Origin: Myxococcota bacterium
GTDB lineage: Bacteria; Myxococcota_A; SURF-8
Assembly: GCA_965140415.1 (NCBI GenBank)
Contig: OZ223209.1
Span: forward strand, 1,472,001-1,536,000
Reading direction: 5' to 3'
Length of the DNA stretch: 64,000 nt
The translations under genes and the position numbers were made by a program. The notes below the pieces were generated by a model. The model worked only from the letters and a program-made list of their open reading frames with translations, searched no databases and was not told where the DNA came from. Below are positions 1 to 8,614 of the stretch, piece by piece (within the stretch, counting starts at the first letter, position 1; the number at the start of each line of letters is the position of its first letter).

Positions 1-432
1 ATTTTTCGCTATCGAAGCAACCCAGTGGCCGCCTCGTGAAGTGTCAGACCGGAGATCATTGGAAATATTCACTTAAAAAAGTGAGGAGGGAAAACATCCT
101 GTTGTGAATTCATTACCCTGCCGGAATACCGATGCTGTCATAGCTCACCGGATGCGATTCCCTGCGGGTGCTTGGAAATTTTGATAAAATGAGATTAGAG
201 AAAGACCATGATGTACGTCATCTGGAAATGTGTAGTAATAATAAACACATACAGCTAACCCGGTGTAAGCTGAAGCTTCCAAATTCGCACTGCCATTCCT
301 TGACGGCTGTGCTAATATCATCGAATCGGCATTTACGGTGCTCATTGTTTACCATAACGAACGGATAGGTAGAGCAAGCTCCCGTTTTACCAAGTTATCC
401 TGCTGATTTATTCATATTATCGGAGTCGATTC

Positions 433-720
433 ATGATCGTAGCTACCATGAAAGTTCGCGTGCATCTGCACATGAGTCAGAGCCTGAAACAGAAACGTTC
501 GGAGGTCAAGCGCATCCTGGCACGTATTAAAAACGCCGTACCGGTGGCCTATGCCGAGGTGGGCGAATTGGACAAATGGCAGGTGGCCGAGTTGGGTTTC
601 GCCTGCGTTTCCAACGATGTCGCGGTTTGCGATCGGATGATGGACCGCGTAGAGGATGAAATCGAAGCCAAGTCCGACGCGGAGATCTTAGACGCCGAAC
701 GGGAAATCCAGCATTTGTGA
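433..720 (+). CDS. DUF503 (YlxP-like) family protein
   Basis: 95 aa with the family pattern SLKQKRS...AEVGELDKWQ.AELGFACVSND; GGAG RBS upstream. Confidence 0.85.
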   Translation: MIVATMKVRVHLHMSQSLKQKRSEVKRILARIKNAVPVAYAEVGELDKWQVAELGFACVSNDVAVCDRMMDRVEDEIEAKSDAEILDAEREIQHL

Positions 721-786
721 AAGAATGGGCACGGCAAATACCTATTCGGCGTGACAATAATTATGTACTGCCGCGCAATATTGAGA

Positions 787-2808
787 TCAGAAACCTAGTG
801 CACTTCTGACTATAGTATGTCTTTCCGCTACATGCGGTTTTAGGGCATCGGCTGCAATGCTTACAGAGTTGTTGAAGTCACTTGAACTTCTGAGAAATGT
901 GTATGGGCTTTTTTCTGGTTCCGAGCCAGTGACATAAGGTGTTATGAGTTCATGGTAAGCATCAATCATTGCATTGACCGAATTGATTTCAAACCCCGAT
1001 TCAAGAGCAGAAGCCAATTCCGACTGGTACCTGGTTCTGTATGTGGAGTCATCAAGTAAGTATCTTATCATTGGCCAATTATTACCGACCTCATCCAACA
1101 TGACTGATTCTGCAATATTGCTGCTCATACCACCAACCAACAGCGCTTCGTTTAAATCCCAGGGGAACCAGGTGATTTTTCCGTCATTACTAGGATCTGC
1201 GTAAATGTAATAGTTGTGAGTCATAATGCCGTAGCTATCCCAGTTCACCATTGCCTGGTTGTAGGCAAGGCATTTCAAGAAACCATTGACATCAAATACA
1301 GCTTCAAGACCAGCTCGCCATTGCTCACCATTGGTGGTTGTATGCAAAGCGCTAAAGATTGAAATCACATCACTCCAGTCGGAGTCGTCTTCATTGGTCT
1401 TCTTCTCAAAACTGTCTTGATCAAATGTTACGAAGGATGCGCCTGTCCCGTCAGGCTTGTAAAGATTGCCGCTGCCATCTTCAAACTGCTGATCCAGCAT
1501 TTCATCGGAAGGATCTTCAATCATTGTGTAAAGCCCGAAATAGGTTGCACCGTCACCAAAATCAACATAGATCCTCACAAATGCACCACGCGCAGCAGGC
1601 ACCCCTCCTGCCCTAAAGATATCGGCAGCAAGCTTGTCACGAATTAGGCTCATGTCTTTGTAGCCATTGGAGAAGGTCATTTTCTTAAAACCGAAAAACC
1701 TTTGGTTGGCGTATGCCGGATGGTCATCTTCGAATTTATCGAAATTCAACCTGAAGGAAAGTTTCTTTACACCAGATTGGTACGCACTTCTCAAAGAGGA
1801 GTTGCCTTTGTATCTCATTCCAACATATTCCCAGGTAGCATTGTTATATTTTACTGTTGCCGGAACCCACATGGGTTCGGCATCGCTATCCGGAGGAACA
1901 TCAGGCGGTGCGTTTACACTTGTATTGTCACTGCTTGCAGGGACAGGGAAGGGATGTGAATTTCCATAAAGATCTTCAAGATCATCCATGGTATCTTGAT
2001 AGTCGGAAGAATCTATTATTATGTCAATGCGATGTACAACGGTATTGTCAAAGAGTTGGTCGTAGTCTGGATCTACACCATTGCAATGACTGAGTTTTCC
2101 CCAATTTTCAGGGCGAACGGTATTCTCATCGTCATCATCGCATAACCCGGAACTAGGAATGTTGCCGGAATTATCAATGTTCTCAGCTTTCTTGGTTGGC
2201 GTATAAAGAGTTTTAAAAACTCCCAGCCCGTTTGGGATTCTACCCCAACTTGTGTTTTCCGGTGCTTCTCCATCATTCCATGATGTTTCGTCAACAAGCT
2301 CTTCTTCACTATTATACAATCGCACGGAATCGGCGCTTCCAAGTCCAAATGTAAAACCGGATTCGCCTAATTCATCCTTCTCAACGACAAGATATCCCCC
2401 ACTTGCAATCATGGTTCCAGCAGGAAACACCATTATGCTATCGTCGTTCTCATCTTTGATGATAAAACCGCCGATGTCGAGTGCATCGCCTCTGTTGAAC
2501 AACTCTATCCAATCCGGTAACGTTTCGTCATTGTCATCTGTGCTTTTAGCCACTACTTCGTTGATAACCAGAAATGACTCTGCGATTTCTGTATCCACGT
2601 CTCCATCGACCAATGGAATGTCTCCATCCGACAAGGAGGTATCTACATCTGATTCTGGAACATACCTATCTGATTCAAAGTCATCTCCGTCCAGCATGGC
2701 TGTTTCACCATCGGAATATCCATCGGAGACCGTGGTTTCAGAACAACCTGACAGAATAAATAAGGCTGCTAGGATAAGAATGAATGGGATTGATTTTAAC
2801 CAGAGCAT
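787..2808 (-). CDS. CotH kinase family lipoprotein with lamin-tail domain
   Basis: Lipobox LSGC; LTD motif INEVVA...DWIELFN; CotH motifs VGMRYKGNSS, KLSFRLNFDKF, NWDSY...HNYYIY, WFPWDLN; start moved to the ATG behind AAGGAGA; AT-rich compared with flanks. Confidence 0.85.
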   Translation of the reverse strand: MLWLKSIPFILILAALFILSGCSETTVSDGYSDGETAMLDGDDFESDRYVPESDVDTSLSDGDIPLVDGDVDTEIAESFLVINEVVAKSTDDNDETLPDWIELFNRGDALDIGGFIIKDENDDSIMVFPAGTMIASGGYLVVEKDELGESGFTFGLGSADSVRLYNSEEELVDETSWNDGEAPENTSWGRIPNGLGVFKTLYTPTKKAENIDNSGNIPSSGLCDDDDENTVRPENWGKLSHCNGVDPDYDQLFDNTVVHRIDIIIDSSDYQDTMDDLEDLYGNSHPFPVPASSDNTSVNAPPDVPPDSDAEPMWVPATVKYNNATWEYVGMRYKGNSSLRSAYQSGVKKLSFRLNFDKFEDDHPAYANQRFFGFKKMTFSNGYKDMSLIRDKLAADIFRAGGVPAARGAFVRIYVDFGDGATYFGLYTMIEDPSDEMLDQQFEDGSGNLYKPDGTGASFVTFDQDSFEKKTNEDDSDWSDVISIFSALHTTTNGEQWRAGLEAVFDVNGFLKCLAYNQAMVNWDSYGIMTHNYYIYADPSNDGKITWFPWDLNEALLVGGMSSNIAESVMLDEVGNNWPMIRYLLDDSTYRTRYQSELASALESGFEINSVNAMIDAYHELITPYVTGSEPEKSPYTFLRSSSDFNNSVSIAADALKPHVAERHTIVRSALGF

Positions 2809-2921
2809 GAGAGGTCTCCTTGGCATTATACGAATAGTCAATAATTCAAGCTTTGATTAGCAAAGCTTCTTAACGTAAATTTAACTGAAGAATGTAAAGA
2901 AAATATTTTAGAAAAGCGCAA

Positions 2922-2942
2922 AATTGTAAAGCAATTGTAAAG
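2922..2942. promoter_or_regulatory. Direct repeat AATTGTAAAG x2 with an 11-bp period upstream of the CotH gene; possible OmpR/PhoB-type response regulator site
   Basis: aattgtaaag at 2922-2931 and 2933-2942, plus tgtaaag at 2893-2899. Confidence 0.35.
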
Positions 2943-3020
2943 ATGAATAAGGATTGGGGATGTTATCAAGTATGTTGAATAGGCAAGTACTAATTCGTTA
3001 TTTCAAGGCTATCCAGAGTA

Positions 3021-5345
3021 TCATAACCTCCCCGCCCCACCCGTTACCAGCGGTGTCAAATCCAGCGTAAAAAAGACATCCGGTGCGCGCTGGCCTTGTC
3101 GATGCAGCAGGGAGACTTCCGCGCTCCAGCAGCGGCAGGGCGAGTCGTAGCGAAAGACCATGGCCTGCTCGATCAAGCGTCTGGGCGTGAGTCCCAGTTC
3201 CAGCGCATAGCGTAAGCTCCAGGTATCATGCAGCACAACGGATGGTTGCAGGCTCAACTGATGACGGCTGATGTCGTCCTTGTCCAGTGGCATATACAGC
3301 CAGTTTCCGCGCGGCACTCCGGGGGAGAGATAGCGATACTGCGCAGCCAGGCGAATCCCCTGAAACGGTCCCACTTGCAGGCGGCTGGACGCCGAACCCA
3401 GTTCGCCATCCTGCCAGCGAACGCCTAACTCGCTGCGCCAGTCCAGCCGATCCAGCATAAGGTTCAGGTGCATCAGGCCATCGTCCCAGCGCGAGTCGTA
3501 GAGCCTGCGACTAGCCGCATCGAGAAAGAGGCGTTGCCCTAAACCGAATTCCAGAAAGCGCCGGATCTTTCCGCTCGAGCCATCCCGCAAGGCAAAGCGT
3601 TGCAGTAGCTGCGCCTGCACCCAGTGCGGGGCGCGGCTGTCGTCGATGGGCCGCAGCAGGTTGAGCGCGGAGGCGGTGCGGGCGTCGTCGCCGTAGATGT
3701 AAGGCAGATAGTGATAGGTTATCACCGGTTGCAATTCGTGCTTGAGCCGGGAACCGTCGCCCAGCGTAAACACCCGATACAGGCGGCTTTGCAGGGTTGC
3801 GTCCAAATACACATGACCTTCCGAAATAGCAGAAGAATCGACATCGATCGGAACGTACACGCGGCTGCGCAGGCCGAGTGTCGGTGTGAAGGTGGCGATC
3901 TTTCCCAAACGCAGCGGCGCCTGCAACGACGGAGCCGCGTACAGCCGCACGGCGCGTGCCAACGGTTCTCCGAAATCGTAGTGATGATTGCCTTCCTCAT
4001 AATCGATAGTCGATGCGACGCCCGCTTCTGCATCGTTGAACACGCCATCCGAGCCGCTGTCGTCGTATGCGCCGGATAGGCGATAGAGTAGATCGCCACG
4101 CAGATCAAGCGACACCAGCAGGCGTCCATTGAACAGCGGATAGGCAGGCAGGGCGAAACGGGCGGCGGGCAACTGCCAGAGTTGCTCGTTGGCACTGCGC
4201 GTCAACAGGCTGCCGTCTACCTCTTTGGGAGAGAATAGCGCCTGTCCGAGTTGCAGCCGTGCACCGATGAACAGATCGGGCAACTCGGAATGAAGCTGAA
4301 GCTGACTGACGGCGAAATCAGGCGTACGTTGACGCCAGTCGCGCTCGAAATCGGAACGATAGAAGCTGTCCGAGTACAGCTCGATCTGCGCCTTTTGCCG
4401 CAGGCCGGAAATGGGCCGCCAGTCTTGATCGGCGCGGAGGTGCGCCCGGTGACGGATGCGCTCTTTACTTCCGCCCTTGACATCGTAAAGATACCCGGCC
4501 TGAAATTCGCCTTTACCCTTTGCATTGGCGTAGCGATACTCCAATTGGGGGCGCAGGCCGCGCTCGGTAATGCCGTCCAGCCCCAGTGTCAGATCCCGTT
4601 GCGCATCGATGGCCCAATACATTTCTTCCTGCGCACGAAAACCTAGCCGGTCCGTGTAGCTGAAACTGGGAGCCAATAAACCCGTTTTACGGCGGGCCAG
4701 CGGCACACGCGCATAGGGCAGGGCGAACACGGGCGTATCCCGAATCAAAAAGACCGGCGCGTGCAGGATGGCTTCGTCGTTTGGATGAACCTCGGCACTG
4801 GCGCAACGGGCCGACCAGCTCGGAGGTTCGTCGGAGCCGCAATCGCAGGGCGTAAAGAGCGTATCCTGAAGCCGCCACAGGCCGGAGGCTTCCCGCTCGA
4901 TACGCGCGCCGGATAACAACAGGCTGCGCTGGCCGGGGCGACGTTCATTGACTGCGGGACGTGCTTCGCGCCAGATTTCTACCTTGGCCTGCAACACGAT
5001 CAGGGCGGCATCATCGAGCGACAACTCGATCTCTTCGGCCTGCAATGTGCGTTCGCCATCGAGAAGTGTGACGTGACCGGTCGCGTACAGGCGGCGACTC
5101 TGCAAATCAAAGCGAACGCGATCTGCCTGCAAGTGTAAACGATCCAGCGACAGGCGCACCTCGCCACTGGCCGTCAAGTTCTGCTCGGATTGGGAGAAGG
5201 TTGCTTTCTTGGCGCTCAAGGAAAGTTGATCACCCGTTGCAGGCAGTTCCAGCGATGCTTGTGCGAAACCCGCAAAAGAATTGAACACACACACGCCGCA
5301 CAGCAGAATACAGCATAAAAGTCGATATGAAAGGATGCGCCGCAC
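3021..5345 (-). CDS. lptD: LPS-assembly protein LptD
   Basis: N-terminal OstA-like jellyroll (ASGEVRL, ATGHVTL), FTPCDC, PVFALPY...RKTGLLAP, beta-barrel ending YDSPCRCWS; probable GTG start just after the upstream gene's stop. Confidence 0.85.
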   Translation of the reverse strand: MRRILSYRLLCCILLCGVCVFNSFAGFAQASLELPATGDQLSLSAKKATFSQSEQNLTASGEVRLSLDRLHLQADRVRFDLQSRRLYATGHVTLLDGERTLQAEEIELSLDDAALIVLQAKVEIWREARPAVNERRPGQRSLLLSGARIEREASGLWRLQDTLFTPCDCGSDEPPSWSARCASAEVHPNDEAILHAPVFLIRDTPVFALPYARVPLARRKTGLLAPSFSYTDRLGFRAQEEMYWAIDAQRDLTLGLDGITERGLRPQLEYRYANAKGKGEFQAGYLYDVKGGSKERIRHRAHLRADQDWRPISGLRQKAQIELYSDSFYRSDFERDWRQRTPDFAVSQLQLHSELPDLFIGARLQLGQALFSPKEVDGSLLTRSANEQLWQLPAARFALPAYPLFNGRLLVSLDLRGDLLYRLSGAYDDSGSDGVFNDAEAGVASTIDYEEGNHHYDFGEPLARAVRLYAAPSLQAPLRLGKIATFTPTLGLRSRVYVPIDVDSSAISEGHVYLDATLQSRLYRVFTLGDGSRLKHELQPVITYHYLPYIYGDDARTASALNLLRPIDDSRAPHWVQAQLLQRFALRDGSSGKIRRFLEFGLGQRLFLDAASRRLYDSRWDDGLMHLNLMLDRLDWRSELGVRWQDGELGSASSRLQVGPFQGIRLAAQYRYLSPGVPRGNWLYMPLDKDDISRHQLSLQPSVVLHDTWSLRYALELGLTPRRLIEQAMVFRYDSPCRCWSAEVSLLHRQGQRAPDVFFTLDLTPLVTGGAGRL

Positions 5346-5346
5346 G

Positions 5347-5859
5347 CTACTCGTTGATCTGATGGCTTTGGGCCAGCATGCGGTAATGATAGGCCGTGGC
5401 CGAAAGCGTGGCGATTTCATCCGATGAGAGTGGCCGTTTGAGTTTGGCCGGGCTGCCGACAATCAGCGATCCCGGCGGGAACTCGCTGCGCTCCAGGACC
5501 AGCGCTCCGGCTCCCACGATGCAGTCTTCGCCGATGACCGAGCCGTCCATGACGATGGCCCCCATGCCGATCAGGCAGCGATCTCCGATGGTGCAGCCGT
5601 GGATCAGCGCCCGGTGTCCGATCGTGACTTCCCGCCCGATGGTGGTCGAATACTTGGCCGTGGTGCAATGCACCATGGAAAGATCCTGGATATTGCTGTT
5701 GGTTCCGATGCGGATCTTGTTCACGTCGCCGCGAATCACGCTGTTGTACCAGACCGAGCAGCCTTCCTCCAGCACCGTGTCTCCGATGACCACTGCGCCC
5801 GGTAGAATGCGTACGTCCTTACCCAAAGTCGGGGTGATGCCGTGATGTTCCAGAATCAT
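5347..5859 (-). CDS. Gamma carbonic anhydrase family protein (YrdA/PaaY-like)
   Basis: Hexapeptide repeats; VIRGDVN.IRIG..SNIQD...VH and IGHRALIHGC metal-ligand histidines. Confidence 0.92.
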   Translation of the reverse strand: MILEHHGITPTLGKDVRILPGAVVIGDTVLEEGCSVWYNSVIRGDVNKIRIGTNSNIQDLSMVHCTTAKYSTTIGREVTIGHRALIHGCTIGDRCLIGMGAIVMDGSVIGEDCIVGAGALVLERSEFPPGSLIVGSPAKLKRPLSSDEIATLSATAYHYRMLAQSHQINE

Positions 5860-6524
5860 GTGTTTTCTCCGATTCGCCGTTGCAGCTCAATCAGCCAGGA
5901 GTCGGTTACGCGAAGCAGCGTGTCGAGCACGAGATCCGCGCCGGATAAGTCCATTCCGGTGGTATTGGCTGCTTCCACGGCGATTGTCAGCATACCGGCA
6001 GCCTTGGCGGAAGCAATGCCCATTTCCGAATCTTCGAACACCACGCAACTCCGTGGTGCAACATGCAACCTTCTTGCGGCTTCCAGGTAGGGACCGGGCG
6101 TCGGCTTGCCGGGTTGCACGTCTTCATTGGAGACGATGAAGCGAATGTCGTTTTGGATGCCTAAAGCCTGCATCGTCGCTTCGATTTCCCGTCGATAACT
6201 ACCCGATACTACCGCCACCGGGGCGTACTGGGTACAACGGCGCAGTGCCTGCACGGCCCCCGGCAATGCCTCCAGTTTATCCTGTAAAATTAATTCCTTG
6301 GCGGTAAGTACCTGCTCCTTGAAGGTTTCCGTATTCACCGGAAGTTGGTAATCGTTCACGCTGTTTTTGAAGATGGTGTCCCAGGGCAATCCGACAACTG
6401 CCTCTTCATCTTCTTTCGAAAACGAACGGCCATAGCTTTCCACAGCCTGGCGCACGGCCAGTCCCGCTGCCCATTCGGTGTTCACCAGAGTGTTGTCCAT
6501 GTCGAAAAAAAACGCTGCGATCAT
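5856..6524 (-). CDS. HAD family phosphatase (beta-PGM/CbbY-like)
   Basis: FDMDNTLVN motif I, VVSGS, GKPTP, VFEDSEMG; 4-bp overlap with the gamma-CA gene. Confidence 0.9.
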   Translation of the reverse strand: MIAAFFFDMDNTLVNTEWAAGLAVRQAVESYGRSFSKEDEEAVVGLPWDTIFKNSVNDYQLPVNTETFKEQVLTAKELILQDKLEALPGAVQALRRCTQYAPVAVVSGSYRREIEATMQALGIQNDIRFIVSNEDVQPGKPTPGPYLEAARRLHVAPRSCVVFEDSEMGIASAKAAGMLTIAVEAANTTGMDLSGADLVLDTLLRVTDSWLIELQRRIGENT

Positions 6525-6688
6525 CTGCTGCTTCCTATTGGATCTGAATTCGTGGCCAGATTATAACGGGGCAGCGGCGCAGGTCAAGCCGAGAGATGAG
6601 CTTTGTGGGGGATTCTTTGCGTACCAATTCTATCTGCCGGCAGGCGTGATGGCTTTTACTGGAATGATGAAAAGTGGAGGATGTGTTG

Positions 6689-6860
6689 TTTTCCCTTCCC
6701 CGACGGAGCCGCTTCGCGTCATGAGGCTTGAAAACCGGGGCGCATCAGGGAGACAGTCAAGGCCGGAGCGTAGCGACGTTTATATAGCCTTGACGGTCGC
6801 CCGCGCCACGGTACAAGCCGCCGGATGACGAGGAGCGAGTGAACGAAGGCGAAGGGAAAA
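6689..6860. other. 172-nt nested imperfect inverted repeat (candidate structured ncRNA or MITE/REP-like element)
   Basis: Pairs: ttttcccttc/gaagggaaaa, cgtcat/atgacg, ggcttg/caagcc, accg/cggt, ggcgc/gcgcc, gggagac/gtcgccc, gtcaaggc/gccttgac. Confidence 0.55.
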
Positions 6861-6987
6861 TCCCTTCCTTGATGGTGGGCTTTGTAGAGGGCAGGTTAGA
6901 TAAGGATAGGAGATTCCTGAATAAAGGCTTGATCCAAAAGGAACCGTTTCGTATAGTGAAGCAGATCGTTCACGATAGGAGATCAAC

Positions 6988-7812
6988 ATGGATGAAAGAA
7001 ATCCGGTCATTCGAGTGGAAAAGAAGGGCGCAATCGCCCATGCCATTTTGTGTAATCCGAAAAAGCTGAATGCAATGGGCGCAGGGTTCCAGGAGGATTT
7101 AAGCGCTGCTTTCGAACAAATCGATCTGGATGATGATATCAGAGTGGTGGTGTTGAGCGGAGAAGGACGTTCCTTCTGTGCCGGTCTGGATCTGGCGGCG
7201 TTTGCAACCAGTGAACCCGTCATGATGATGATTCCTCCGCCTACTTACACCAAGCCGATCGTTTTGCAGGTGATTCGTCGCTTCCAGGCGGCCATCAACA
7301 GCGTGGAAAAGTGCCGTAAACCTGTAATCGCTGCAATTCAAGGTCATTGCATCGGAGGCGGTTTGGATCTGGCGGCAGCTTGCGATATTCGGTTGGCCAG
7401 CGCCGATGCCGTTTTCTCCCTGCGCGAAACACGCGTGGCTATTATGGCGGATCTGGGTAGTTTGCAGCGCCTGCCTCATATCATCGGCGAAGGTCACACG
7501 CGGCAACTGGCATATACGGCGGAGGATATCGACGCCGAGCGCGCGCTGAAAATCAACCTGGTCAATGAGGTGCTGGAAAACCCGGATGCGCTGTTGCAGC
7601 GAGCGATGGAAATGGCCGAAACCATTGCCAAGAATGCACCATTATCGGTACAGGCCAGTAAAGAAGTGCTGAACTGGGGCCGGGGACGCAATATCGATGA
7701 AACCCTGGAATATGTCGCGGCGCGCAATGCGGCGCTGTTGCCGTCGGAAGATCTGGTAGAGGCACTGTCCAGTTTCATGGAGCGACGCGATCCGAATTTC
7801 AAGGGACGCTGA
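6988..7812 (+). CDS. Crotonase/enoyl-CoA hydratase family protein (dienoyl-CoA isomerase-like)
   Basis: FCAGLDL, KPVIAAIQGHCIGGGLDL, ADLGSLQRLP; AGGAG RBS. Confidence 0.92.
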   Translation: MDERNPVIRVEKKGAIAHAILCNPKKLNAMGAGFQEDLSAAFEQIDLDDDIRVVVLSGEGRSFCAGLDLAAFATSEPVMMMIPPPTYTKPIVLQVIRRFQAAINSVEKCRKPVIAAIQGHCIGGGLDLAAACDIRLASADAVFSLRETRVAIMADLGSLQRLPHIIGEGHTRQLAYTAEDIDAERALKINLVNEVLENPDALLQRAMEMAETIAKNAPLSVQASKEVLNWGRGRNIDETLEYVAARNAALLPSEDLVEALSSFMERRDPNFKGR

Positions 7813-7830
7813 TTCCATATGTGGAATGGG

Positions 7831-7859
7831 TTGAAATCCTAAGAAATTCTTGATAAACT
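7831..7859 (+). promoter_or_regulatory. Putative sigma70 promoter for the PilZ operon
   Basis: TTGAAA-N17-TAAACT with an extended TG. Confidence 0.4.
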
Positions 7860-7894
7860 TCGGTAACTAATCTATATACGAAGCGAGGATAGGC

Positions 7895-8266
7895 ATGGCT
7901 GATCAACCCGATTCGATCTCATCGCAGAGGCGCGGAAGTGAACGGCTGCCGATGCACATGCGTGTCAGCCTGAAAAGCGGCCAGATGGAAGGTGAAGTCT
8001 GGTTCAATACGCGGGATATTTCAGAGGGCGGCGTTTATCTTCTTTCGAATTTTCTGCTGGAAAAGGGAGATCCGGTAACCTTATGGTTCGATACTCCCAA
8101 ACAAACACGTGCAGCAGAAGTGGAAGGAAAGGTGGCTTGGGTAAATCTGGGTTTCGATGAAGCCTCGGAGAAAATACCTGCCGGAATGGGCATTGCGTTC
8201 GAAACGTTGTCCGATCAGGCTGTTAAAGTGATTCGACAGATACTTTTACAATCGACACAAGGATAG
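7895..8266 (+). CDS. PilZ domain protein (c-di-GMP receptor)
   Basis: RRGSER (RxxxR) and DISEGG (DxSxxG) motifs; GMGIAF. Confidence 0.9.
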   Translation: MADQPDSISSQRRGSERLPMHMRVSLKSGQMEGEVWFNTRDISEGGVYLLSNFLLEKGDPVTLWFDTPKQTRAAEVEGKVAWVNLGFDEASEKIPAGMGIAFETLSDQAVKVIRQILLQSTQG

Positions 8267-8269
8267 AGA

Positions 8270-8560
8270 ATGTCGGAAACCATTGAAGGAATTACGATTC
8301 AGTACGAGGAAAACGGCGAAGTTCTGACCAAGGAATTGGACAAAGAGATCCTGACGAAGGGCAGCTGGACTACCATCCTGTTCAAATATTCCGAGTTGAA
8401 CCGCAAAACGGGCGAATTCTCGGCCCCTAAAGCATCCATTCGCCGGTACAAAAAGTACAATGGACGCTACCAGCTTCAGAGCAAGTTTAACATCTCAGGA
8501 AACAAGCAGGCGCATCAGGTTGCAGAAATCCTCGAACGCTGGTTTGAAAGCGAAGAATAG
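8270..8560 (+). CDS. Conserved hypothetical protein (small beta-sheet plus C-terminal helix)
   Basis: 96-aa ORF 3 bp after the PilZ gene with an AAGGA RBS; coding-like codon use. Confidence 0.7.
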   Translation: MSETIEGITIQYEENGEVLTKELDKEILTKGSWTTILFKYSELNRKTGEFSAPKASIRRYKKYNGRYQLQSKFNISGNKQAHQVAEILERWFESEE

Positions 8561-8570
8561 AGCGACGCAG

Positions 8571-8604
8571 TAAGCTGCAATTGGATCGACTCCAGTGCAG
8601 CTTA
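8571..8604. terminator. Hairpin between convergent genes
   Basis: taagctgca...tgcagctta inverted repeat with an inner tgga/tcca pair. Confidence 0.5.
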
Positions 8605-8614
8605 TGATGAGCGC

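Noticed and set aside
1..430. Short ORFs and a possible minus-strand gene start at the window edge
   Set aside because: No motifs and too little context to call.
5346..5462. N-terminal extension of LptD in the ORF track
   Set aside because: Overlaps the gamma-CA gene; a GTG at 5345 gives a normal signal peptide.
6478..6828. 116-aa ORF spanning the long hairpin
   Set aside because: Overlaps the HAD start on the opposite strand, has no RBS or motifs, and the region is better explained by the inverted repeat.
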